From NCBI RefSeq assembly GCF_963506605.1, contig NC_083281.1:56792001-56856000 (forward strand): DNA of 64,000 nucleotides. Reading direction: 5' to 3'. Position 1 is the stretch's first letter. Each line of letters starts with the position of its first letter. The position numbers were made by a program, and so were the translations under genes. The notes below the pieces were generated by a model. That model did no database searches and was not told the origin of the DNA. It saw nothing but the letters and a program-made list of their open reading frames with translations. The stretch is from Zootoca vivipara. Its lineage: Eukaryota. Positions 53,676-64,000 of this stretch are shown in pieces.

Positions 53676-55658
53676 ATGAGAGCGGCCCAGGAGCGGGGCC
53701 AGGAATTCCTCCCCCCCAAGAAGCGCGATCTGCCGGTGGCTGCCAGCAACGAAGAGCCGGGGCGGGCGGCTGAGTCGGGTCTGGTGGGGTGTGGCGGCGG
53801 CGAGAGCTCTGTGGAATGGTCCCGGGGCTCGGCAACAAGCAGGCAGAGCCAGGCACCTTCACGTTACACGGAGGCTGGTGGCAGCTCCGACACAGTGACC
53901 AGTCTTACCGTGGACCAGTACGGCTTATTGTACAAAGTGGCGATGCCCCCGGCCACCTTCTCACCCGTGGTGAATGTCAGCCCGCTGTCTCCGGCCTTCA
54001 GTATGACCTCACAGCTGATCCCGCACCCTGGTATCCCCTACTCGCCTATCCATTACACTCAACTTCCTCCTGCTCCCTTGCAGTTTGTGGGATCACACTA
54101 CTCTGTACCCTATGCTGCCGCTGTGCCTCCTGGCTTCCTGCCCAGCCACCTTCTGTCCTCTTCAGCCAGCCTTGCTGCCTCTCATATCCCACACTTTGTG
54201 CCCTATGCACCTCTCCTGGCTGAAGACTCTGCTCCTCCACAGGCAGCCCACAGCTTTGGCAAGACCAGTGCCTCAGTTTTGCCTTCGGGCCCTCTGCAAC
54301 CCCATGTTGGAGGTCAGCCACTGGATGTTACACAGGGCCGAATTCCAGTCTATTATCAGATGTCCCGTCTGCCAGCAAGCTATTCATCATTTGAAGCTTC
54401 TGTTGCTGGCCCAAACACTGAGCAGCCTCTGCAGGAGAGTCAGCTAGATCCTAAAGTCACAGCAAATGGGGTGCAAAGGTCTGCCGTGGGGGCGAAGGAA
54501 AGTGAGGCTGAAGGGCAGTGGCCAAGCACAACGGTAGAGTGCAGCACTGAAGGTACCTTCTTGACAAGCAGTCAGATTTTGAGAACAGAGATCTCTGTGC
54601 CATCTCAGCGGAGCACCCCAGATACAGACCTGGAAGTGCAGAGGGTAGTTGGAGTGCTTGCTTCCCAGGACTACCCTGTTTGTTCTGCTCAGCAGACGGA
54701 TGGCTTGAGCCCTCTAAACCTTTCCCATCGTAATCCCCCTGAGCAGAAGGCAGAGTCAACGAGGAACCCAGTGGAACTTGTGGTGGCTGCTACTGCTGAG
54801 AAAAGCCACTTTCGGAGACTGTCGGCAAAGTCCCCTGAGGAGCAGCTCCGCCATCGGCAAATACTGAAAGGCATTACAATGGCCAATGGTCGGCCAGTCT
54901 CAGGGTCCCTCCATCCTGGGGCTCAGGATGGCCTGGGAGGTGCAAGTCCTGAGGGAACAGCCCATGAGGGACTACCTGACACGGAATGTGCCCATTCCCA
55001 GAGCCACTTACCCTCCCACTTCATGAAAGGAGCCATCATCCAGCTGGCCACAGGAGAGCTAAAGAGGGTGGAGGACCTGCAGACCCAGGACTTTGTGCGC
55101 AGTGCAGAGGTGAGTGGTGGCCTCAAGATTGACTCCAGCACTGTGGTGGACATCCAAGAGAGTCCCTGGCAGGGTTTCGTGACGCTGCATTTCGTGGTGG
55201 GGGAGCAGCAGAGCAAAGTGAGCATTGATGTGCCCCCTGAACACCCTTTCTTTGTGTATGGACAGGGCTGGTCCTCGTGCAGTCCAGAGAGGACGAATCG
55301 GCTCTTCTCGCTCTCCTGCCACAGGCTGCAGGTGGGAGATGTTTGCATCTCCATCAGTTTACAGAGTCTGAATGGGAGGCTTGTGCCCCAGGCAAGCCCC
55401 CAGAGTGCTACCCGAGAGAGACCTGGGCGGGGTGGGGAGAGTCTCCAGGAGCTGCAGAAAAACCCATTGGAGAAGGATGGAGTGGCAGTGGGCTCCCCCC
55501 AGGAATCCACCCACCATGATCCTGTTTCTCTGCATGGTTGGGCAGGCCCCAGCTTCCAAAGGTCTGGGGAGGAGCCCCGGCCACCACTCCTCCGCCCTTC
55601 ATTCATTCCCCAAGAGGTCAAGTTGTCCATCGAGGGCCGTTCAAATGCAGGGAAGTGA
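53676..55658 (+). CDS. ATXN1L: Ataxin-1-like, single coding exon, 660 aa, AXH domain
   Basis: MRAAQERGQEFLPPKKRDLP; STPDTDLEVQ; AXH domain HFMKGAIIQLATGELKRVEDLQTQDF...EHPFFVYGQGWSSC; C-terminus RPSFIPQEVKLSIEGRSNAGK. True ATG is at 53676; the ORF track starts at an upstream TTG. Confidence 0.97.
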   Translation: MRAAQERGQEFLPPKKRDLPVAASNEEPGRAAESGLVGCGGGESSVEWSRGSATSRQSQAPSRYTEAGGSSDTVTSLTVDQYGLLYKVAMPPATFSPVVNVSPLSPAFSMTSQLIPHPGIPYSPIHYTQLPPAPLQFVGSHYSVPYAAAVPPGFLPSHLLSSSASLAASHIPHFVPYAPLLAEDSAPPQAAHSFGKTSASVLPSGPLQPHVGGQPLDVTQGRIPVYYQMSRLPASYSSFEASVAGPNTEQPLQESQLDPKVTANGVQRSAVGAKESEAEGQWPSTTVECSTEGTFLTSSQILRTEISVPSQRSTPDTDLEVQRVVGVLASQDYPVCSAQQTDGLSPLNLSHRNPPEQKAESTRNPVELVVAATAEKSHFRRLSAKSPEEQLRHRQILKGITMANGRPVSGSLHPGAQDGLGGASPEGTAHEGLPDTECAHSQSHLPSHFMKGAIIQLATGELKRVEDLQTQDFVRSAEVSGGLKIDSSTVVDIQESPWQGFVTLHFVVGEQQSKVSIDVPPEHPFFVYGQGWSSCSPERTNRLFSLSCHRLQVGDVCISISLQSLNGRLVPQASPQSATRERPGRGGESLQELQKNPLEKDGVAVGSPQESTHHDPVSLHGWAGPSFQRSGEEPRPPLLRPSFIPQEVKLSIEGRSNAGK

Positions 55659-58311
55659 AGCCCCAGTGGTGGGCGAACTTGTGTGCCACGCTTAACTGGG
55701 TTCCTTCCAGTTTGGCCACTGCTCAGATGCTCGGCCCTTCCCCCAGTTGTGTGCCTAGAATCATTCCACTGACAGAGGCTCCTTCTCTCCACCCCCTGTA
55801 GGGGAGGTCTGAGCCCTGGGTAGGGTAGATTGGGGTCAGCCAAGGGGAGACTCTGAAGGAAGCAGTGACTGCGCTGCTTCTGTGAGGAGAGGAGCAAGGG
55901 CTCAACATCCCCCACCACCTCACTCAAGCACTTTATTGGACACTTGCTCACACATAGCAGGAGGGTGCTTTTACCAGGGCAAGGGAGCAGTGAGGGAGTT
56001 TCCCAGGTTTCCTCTGCTCGGGTCCCAATAATTTTTGTCTGGGCCTCCCAGCAGCCCCTCTCCAGGCATTGAGTCAAGGGAGCCTGGACTTCTCCTCAGG
56101 GAGGTAGTATTTGTATGCAATTTCCTCACATGTGTTAGATTGAAAGGAAATGGTTAATAGTCTGTTAAATTGCAAACCTGCCAATGTGTTGCCTCACAGA
56201 TCTGCAGCCAGGTAGAACTTGAATCCCATAGGTGGGAATGGTGCAGGTGTACGTGTGTGAGGATGTTCTAGCTCTGGCTTCTTCAGCTATCTCCATCCTG
56301 CTCTTAAGTCCCCACCTCCTCCTTCTAGAAAGACTGCATCCACTTCTGTTGCAGATGCCTCTGATGTTCACAGCTAAGCCAGGTCTGAATGGCCTGGGCT
56401 GACTAAGGCTTGTCACAGTTGTGGGTGCCTCGTTACAGCCAGCTCCCTTGAAAAGTGCAAGGCAGTTTGTATATAAGAGCATGCTAGTGCACATACTGAC
56501 ACTCCTGCTTTTCCTTGGGGTGATTAAAGCATTTCCTATTGAGAGTTTGGGGAGGGGACATTCTGGCCACTGTAACCAGCTTGAATGGCCCCCACTACAT
56601 GTGTAAGATTTCTTTGGATATTAGAAAAATGTATTCAGGTTCTTCTGATAAAGATGAAAATTGCTCTTCTGTGTGCACTGGTGACTCAAAACAGAATGAA
56701 AGATGATAAAATGTGCAAGTGGTTAACAGTTTTTGAGCCGAGAAAGCTGTAGAACTGCTTGGGTTCAAGACGCTGGCCTCTTCTACCCTCTCCTGCACTG
56801 GTACCCTCAACTCGGCAGAGGTGAGCTCTAGGGCTCTCAATCATAGCTGTGACTCTGCATCAGTGCCATCCAAGTCCCACTCCAGAATAGCAGCCAGGAA
56901 GCTCCTCCCACCGCTCCAAATAGGCAGTCTTGGCTTGTTTCCCTTGGATGTTTTGTCTACAGTTGTTGCTTTTAGGCCATTGCCTACAGGCATTCCTGGC
57001 TCACAATCGTAACTGCTTTCCTGTCTGACCAGCCGCCTCATCCACTCCAAGCCCTCTCTATATGAAAGGTGGAAGACTTTGCTGTTCTCTTCTGGAAGGT
57101 CCAGCACTTTGCACTATTCCGAGCCAGCTTTCCCCGCAAACCACCCTCTGCCTTCCTTACTTGCTCTTGGGCTCCCCTGGATTGTGTGCTTACTAGACCA
57201 GTGCTCATTTCCATGTAAATGCTGGCCTAGGTTTCTCCTTTGTCCTTCAGCTCCCCTGCCACCAGGGATGAGATGTCTGCTTCATGCAATCAGGGCAGAG
57301 TGCCCTTCTACTCCCAGGGCTTCATGGGAGCTGGATCACTTGCACAGCATCACAGCAGAAGAGCCTGATTGGCCACCTCTTTCATTGGCACCAACTCTGG
57401 CCCTCCGTGGCTGTTGAGGATCAGTTCCCCTCAGTTCATCTGGACCACCCAACACTACTGCCACCGCTGCCACCCTGGGCCACTGCTGTTTCTGGATAGC
57501 TTGCTGCACAGTCCTTAGGGCCCAGGACCGAGTTAGGAATAGAGCTGCAAAATATGGAAGTGTCTTTGGGCACTACTCCATCTGGGGCCGCTGGAGAGTT
57601 GGGAGAACCAGCTTCCTAGAGCAATAAGCTATTTCCCTCTTGAGACACTACAGCACGACCCCTTTCCAAGCCCTAGTAAATATTTGGGAAGGGCTCCCTA
57701 ATATGCAATACTGTGGGACTGGCAGCTGCACAGCTGTGTCCATTTGGCCATTCCATGGGGTAGGATGGGGGCTGCTAAAAGAGACACATTTCAGTGTAGG
57801 GTGCCAAACTAGGGGGTGATGAACTGGGGTCCTGCTTTTCAGCAGGGCACCAACCAGATATCCTTTCCAGCTAAAAGGTTTCCTGTCCCTTCTTGCCAGC
57901 TGTTTCTGTAGCCCTTGCTGCAAGAGTGAACATGCGCTTATGTTAAGTCCCACCTCTGCCCAGAAACACTGAGCGATGGCCTGACCCAGTGGCTTGTTGC
58001 AGAGAAAGTTCCTCTGCTATATCTCAAGATGTACCGAGGAAAGCAAACGGAGTCAGCCTGCTACCCTTCAATCCCTTGCATAGCACCTTAGTTGGGGTGG
58101 GTCACCTTGCATGCAGCTGGTAAGGGGCGAGTGTGTAGCAGCCCTACTACTAACACCAGCCATCTTCACTCCGAAACCCACTGCATCGTATCTCTAAAGC
58201 CTTAGGACTAGCTGAGTGCCCAGCCCCTTTTCTCCTACCTGATCTTTAATGAAGCATTACCAGTATAAGGAGGATAATCTATTTTGTTGTGCTTTTTTTG
58301 TACCTGTTTTA

Positions 58312-58317
58312 AATAAA
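58312..58317 (+). terminator. Candidate ATXN1L polyadenylation signal
   Basis: AATAAA in a U-rich, TGTA-rich 3' UTR end. Confidence 0.5.
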
Positions 58318-58877
58318 TCAATTTGTACTGTATATTTGTATTTTGGGTGAGATCCTTTTTCCTGTTTTACCATTTAAAGTCTCTGTACACACAGATTGTA
58401 TTTTTATTGTTAATGCTCTTATGAATACTGCATTTAACTTGTTGACTTATGTAAACAGTATATATACATATATCTATATCTATATATCTATATCTATATA
58501 ATTATAAGCCAATAGCTTTTCCTTTGATGTGTCTGTGTCTTACTTGTCTCCTGGAGAAAACTTTGGCAGAAACACCAAAGCTCATAAAGGAAACTTCCTT
58601 AAATTCATACAATGGTCACTAAAGCCCCAATTAGCAATCTTCACACTGGCACAATTAGCTCTGTTCTGTTGTGTAAAAAATTTAACAGGCTGCACATAGG
58701 TTTTATTATTTAAGATTAATGGGACAGAACAGACTTGGCTAACAAGACAGAGATAATTTCTCCTCGCTTGTGTAGCCAAGTCTCTCCCTTTCACCTAGTT
58801 TGCAAGTTGGGCAAGAGACGACACAGGCTGCTGACCAAGAAAAGAAATATACCCCTCAGTAGGGTCTTCCTCTAGCC

Positions 58878-59013
58878 CGGGCACCCCCAAACTGCGGCCC
58901 TCCAGATGTTTTGGCCTACAATTCCCATGATCCCTAGCTAACAGGACCAGTGGTCAGGGATGATGGGAATTGTAGTCCAAAACATCTGGAGGGCCAAAGT
59001 TTGGGGGTGCCTG
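58878..59013. mobile_element. hAT-type MITE
   Basis: Same family as 8320-8455; 8-bp TSD ctctagcc at 58870-58877 and 59014-59021. Confidence 0.9.
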
Positions 59014-59621
59014 CTCTAGCCTTTGTTTATAAGTCTGCCATTCACTGGTGCTCCCTGGAAGAAACTGCCTCCTTCCACCATCATCTCTCTAAGCACAAAG
59101 GCAAGAAGAGCAGCAGCACTCCCCCAACCTGTATCCCCCCAAAATGTCAAATTCTTCCACAAACCTCCCATTTGATGCCACTGTACCTAAGTCTAGCAGC
59201 CACTATGATTAGGCCTAATACACCCCTGTGCGTAACTTGTGAGGCTCCAAGCCGTATTATATACCTCCCTCTTCAGGACTCCACCTTCTTTGCTAGTCCC
59301 CACTTAAGAGCTCCAGCGTGATGTAGTAAGGGGCAGGCTACAGCACTGCAAAGTTCCAGCTGGATCTTGCCCAACAAGGAAGCAAGCTAGGCAAGGCAGA
59401 AGCAGAAGCTGCCTCTCAAGCTGCTGCAGTGAATCGGCCAAGCCCACGAGGCACAGACTGGGGACATGTACAATTAATTTATTTCTGATCACAGCCAGTG
59501 CGCCCACCCCTTTCTCCCTCCTTGCCCCCCCCCAGACCGTTGTCACACTCCAGTTCCATGCTTCACTGGTGGAGCAAGTGGGGCCTCAGCAGACAAGAGC
59601 AGGTTCTCCTTTTTACCCTCC

Positions 59622-62600
59622 TCAGTGCAGCGCACTGGGACTTGGCTCCTCAAAGGCCATTTTACCAAGCAGCTGCCCCTCAAGCTCTAGCCCACCCACT
59701 GGCAGTGGGAAGAAGTTCATCTCGGCTGCCAGTGCAGCCATGGCCGAGGGGTCCTGGCCAAACTGAGCCCGCAGCATCATGTCCATTTTCTCCAGCCGCC
59801 GCTTTAGCCTCTTGGCTTCGCGCTCCCGAATGAGCCGAGCCTGCCGCTTCTCAGGGGTCTCGTTGGCCCGCTTGAGGCGCATCGCTTCACGGTCCCTCTG
59901 CAGGCGGCGCGCACGCTGCTCGTCTGTCTCCTGCATCCGCTGCATCCGCTTGGCCTCTCGATCCCTCATGCGCCTCACCTCACGCTCCTCCGGTGTCTCG
60001 TTGTCTCGACGGCTCTTCTTAGCTGTGCGCTCTCGCTCCAGGCGCTGCAGCCGCACCTCCAAGGGCTCGTTCTGCCTTCGCAAGGCCCATTTGCGAACCC
60101 CTGGAGCTTGAGCTTCCAGAAGCTTGCGGTAGGCCACACAGCTGTTGCACACCAGGAGGATGCCAGCAGGATACACTGTGGGGCTGACAGTAGCAGCAGC
60201 AGCAGCACCACCACCACCACCACCTGCCTTTTCCTCGGCACCAGAAGAAGCCTCAGGGAGGGGAATGGGCAGGGCATCTCCACACAGCACCTCTGACACC
60301 TTCTCACTGTGAACATCAAAGAGTAGAAATGACGGGTGGTCGGCACAGATCTTAAGAAGCCATTGTGTAGGCTTGCAAGCTACTGCCTTAGCTGTAACCC
60401 TCCCCCTCCCTTTGGCCATGCTTACAAGCCACCCCACCCACATGAATGCTGGCCTGGAGAATGCTTCTAGCTGGGGTCACCTATTCCAGCTGCCTCCAGA
60501 AATTGCCAGGTATAACCTCTATTGCTTCCATTGAACCTCTAAATAGGGCCCCTCTAGGACTTCCAAAATGCAGCCTGGGCCAAGTTGTCCCAGTCCCACC
60601 GAGTCAGAGATGCCCACTTCTCACCTGTTGAAAGTAGCATGGCTGGTGAAGCGAGCCCCACACACCGCACAGTTGGACAGCTGGTCCTCGGAGTGGATGA
60701 GGAGGTGCCTGCCCAAGGAGCCCGGGGAGCTGAGTGCTCGGCCACAGACGGGACACAGGTAGCTCTTGGCACTGACCACAGCTGCCGTGTGCTGCAAACG
60801 AGGCCGGGCTGTGAGGCAAGGGCTCCGCCGCCCTGTCCCCCTCTCAGCTGTCCCTATGAGGGCTGGCAGCCAAGGCCATGCCACGGAAGAGCTCCCTCTT
60901 CTGTTAGGGAAAGAAGGAGAGAGACCCGCAAGGCCTTCCCTGGGATGTGGTGCAAACCCACCAGGGGGGATGATTCAAATTGCATCCAATGCCAATAGCC
61001 CCTGCCCCCTTCCCCCCTTTCCCAGTCCAGTCCAGGATTACTAATTTCAGCCTGGAGGGAAAGGGGGAGCCAGGGCAGGGATGGTTTAGCCTTGCGTGAT
61101 GGTCTCATCAAAGCCCCCTCTAAGTACCTGATAGACGTGAGTGACAAGCTGCTCCCTGCTTCCACACTCTAGTTGGCAGAGGGGACAACGGGAGAGTCCC
61201 ATCAGGGTATCTGGGCTGGCATTTAAACCCATCTGCAAGCAAGGAAAGGCAGGCTAAGGAAAGAGCAGAGGACAAGACCCATGCCTGGTATTCTGCCACA
61301 CGCATACACATACCCCCCCCCCAATTGATGCTGCACCAGACCCTTTAAGATCATGTTGAGGGATTATCTGTAATGTAAGATTAGCCCTGCGCAATCAAAT
61401 TGAGGGTCTACCTAGTTGTGCATTGTCTTTCTAACACACAGCGGCCAACCAAATGCCTCTTCTGGGAAGCCCAGAATGAGATGACAACAGCTCTATCACT
61501 CCCCTTGCCCCCATTACAATTAGGGAACTCCAGTGCCAAAAAGCCCAGACCTAATCACTTGAGCCTGCTGTAGTTATCACTTGGACACATCAATGGACCA
61601 GGCCCAAGAATCCCAGGGTGGGCTATACAGTCCCCTTTCTCCATGCTAGGGCCATCCAAGAGTCTGATATTGCTATTCTCCCTTCCACCAAGTAACCACA
61701 GCAGCGTTGCACTTTTGCTTTAGTATGTGTTGACCACGGCCAATGTGATGCACTTGCCTCATGGCCTCGAGCAACCTGCTTGCTGCAGCCCAGCTGCTCA
61801 GTAAGTTCCAGTTCCTTTTTCACTGTCGCTGATGCTCCATCCTCCTCAGAAGCATGGGAGGAGACCTCATCTTGTGTTGTCTCATCCCCCTCGCTATCAC
61901 CTGGAATACAGAACAGCTTTAGGCCTCTGCCACAGACCAGCTGACAGGATTACAAAGCAGCATACAGGTGTTTGGTCTCTGCCAGGTGTCCCAGAGCTGC
62001 CCTCCTGTACCAAATAGGGAAACTCACTGTTGCTGCTGCTGCTACTGCTGCTGCTGGAGTCCTTTTCTTGTGGCGGGGGTGCCAGCTGCTGCATGAGTGG
62101 TGACTGGGCTCCAAGCAGCCCAGGGAAGTCTCTTCTCATCATGGCCTGACGTGTGTGCTCTTCTAACCCAGCAAAGACTTGCTCCCCTGGAAGTACAATG
62201 GGGGAGGAAGAAGCCGCATTAGCCCATTGCCCTTCCCAAGCCCAATCATTCCTTGCCCCCACCTCAGATGCCCAGTGATGGTCTCCCCTACCTGAAGATG
62301 GCCCAGAATGGGACTAATGCCTGGGCTCCATTCCCCAAAACAGCTTTCCCCAAACCCTTCCTGCAAAGCAACTGTGGCCTGACCAATCCGTCCCTTCGCA
62401 TCCTTTCCAACATGACCTGGAAATACAAATGTCTTCAGCAGCATTAAGCACACAGGGAGGGCTCTTGCCTACCCTGGCTCTGCCCTAGCATTTGCATGTG
62501 CTCCCCCACCCCCGGGGCCCAGATTTTGGAAGAGCTTGTCCTGCCATACAGGTTCTCCTCCTTCAGGGGTAAAACTGTTACATGTGTGTAAAAGATTTTA

Positions 62601-63248
62601 GTGTAGGCGATAGCAAACCCACTTATCTACTTTTGCTAGGCAAATTTGAGGTGGGAGACTTATTCTGTGGATGTTGTGGTCCAGGTTTAGTTATCTGCTT
62701 TAGTTCCTCCTTGATACATTTTCTCTTAAGTTGTGCAAAGTGGGCAGTGCTTGCCTGAAATTGCCAGACTCTTTCCTGGGCCTTTGCTATTTCAATTCTG
62801 ATCCTAAAGCTATCATGGTGCCTGGAAGTCCCCTGTTCCTCCTTGTGCAAGGGAGACTAGCCAGCCATTCCCAACTAGTACCGAGAAGCTGTTTTTTGCA
62901 GAAGAAACATCAGTGGGTAAGGTGGCCCAATGAGAGACAGAATGCCACTAGAATGGCGGAGAGGGGTTCTGAGCCCCCATAGTGCCCAAGGAGCCCTTAT
63001 GCTCCAAGAGGTACATGGACATGTCTCAGCTCAGCTAACAAATCCTCGATGCTGGGCAGGGAGTCCTCACCAGGGCTATGGGAGAAGAATGCAGCAAATA
63101 GCGGGAGGGGGGCTGCCCCCATCATTTTGCGGGTGAGGATGCCTCGCTTGGGCGGGGAAAGGGGGTGAAGGTGGAAGTGACAACAGCCCCCCTCCCCTTA
63201 TTACTCACAGTGGACTTTATTGGGGGTGGTCTGTTTCCGACGGGACAT
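59622..63248 (-). CDS. ZNF821: Zinc finger protein 821. Exons: 63209-63248, 62028-62186, 61758-61900, 61128-61232, 60625-60791, 59622-60306; 432 aa
   Basis: MSRRKQTTPNKVHWEQVFAGLEE...; C2H2 fingers CPLCQLECGSREQLVTHVYQH and CPVCGRALSSPGSLGRHLLIH; STPR repeats ETPEEREVRRMRDREAKR. Phases are consistent using one GC donor. Confidence 0.96.
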
Positions 63249-64000
63249 GGTTCCCCCCCCCAGGGGGGGCGCACCTGCGGAGAGAAGAGCCCTGTCACCA
63301 TGCGGGGGATGACCAGGGTAGGCGAGCGGGGGGCGTTTAGAGATAAGCCCCCACCCCGCGCTCGAAAGGAGGCTGCCGCCGCCTCGGCCCTTACCTGAAA
63401 CCGTCGCCCGGCCTGGGCTCGCCCAGCAGCGCTGCAGGAGGACAAAGGGCCGCCCGGGCTGGCAGACAGACAGACAGAGGAAGATGGCGGCACGGCGGGA
63501 GCGCCCGGCTCGTGCACGACGGGACCGACGGACAGACAGGCGGACGGGGGCGCGCTGCGCTGGAGCCCTTCCCTCCCCTCCGAGCGGAGCGCGCCTCCTG
63601 CCTAGCAGCAGGGGCGCCGATCCCGAGGCCGTCGCAGGCGCTCAGCCGGGAGGGGGTCCCGCAGCCATCAGGCCGACGCCTCCGGGGGCTTCAAGCACTA
63701 AGACCAGCCAGCGGGGCCAGAGCTGCTTCCTTCGGCGCTCTCCACGGGCCCGGCTACAGAGGAGGAGGAGCAGGAGCAGCTGCTACAGCTGCTGCAACCC
63801 GCCTCCCTTGCCCCGAGTTGCCTCCTTCCACGGGGCCGCTTCTCCTCTTTTCGGAGCGGGGCCACCGCGGTGCTAGTGGTGGGGCTGCCGCCGTCCCCGC
63901 CTCTTTTCAAGCCACGAGCAGGGGGGCCCGATTGACGCCCCCGCCATGCCCTGCAAGGCGCCCGGCCATTCACGCGAGCGCCCCTACAGCGGGAGGGCTC
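63230..64000 (-). promoter_or_regulatory. ZNF821: ZNF821 CpG island and 5' UTR exon
   Basis: CpG-dense; donor cag|gtaagg (exon end 63395); acceptor cgcag| at 63274. Confidence 0.7.

Noticed and set aside
54923-56077. 384-aa antisense ORF
   Set aside because: Shadow of the ATXN1L CDS, non-ATG start, no recognisable domain.

Overview
Eukaryotic DNA from a squamate, most likely a lacertid lizard (it holds a Podarcis-type Sauria SINE). It is a compact copy of the conserved amniote block TAT(-), MARVELD3(+), AP1G1(-), ATXN1L(+), ZNF821(-). Exons were mapped by hand with consistent splice phases: TAT (3'-partial), MARVELD3 (278 aa), AP1G1 (22 constitutive coding exons plus a 9-nt microexon; intronic SNORD71), ATXN1L (660 aa) and ZNF821 (432 aa, one GC-AG intron). 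PHLPP2 lies between MARVELD3 and AP1G1 in human but is not recognisable in the roughly 3 kb gap here. The most unusual object is an 863-bp Tc1/mariner-type non-autonomous element in AP1G1 intron 1 whose interior looks like a captured CpG-island promoter/exon fragment bracketed by perfect 31-bp inverted repeats. Other oddities: a 37-bp exact copy of an AP1G1 exon segment in a nearby intron, two hAT MITEs stacked on one target site, an L1 tail inserted into a polypyrimidine tract, a 1.2-kb L1-like element with both ends, a solo LTR, a Gypsy RT relic and a Penelope hairpin with a decayed hammerhead ribozyme. Gene and repeat identities come from recalled sequence similarity; no database search was run.
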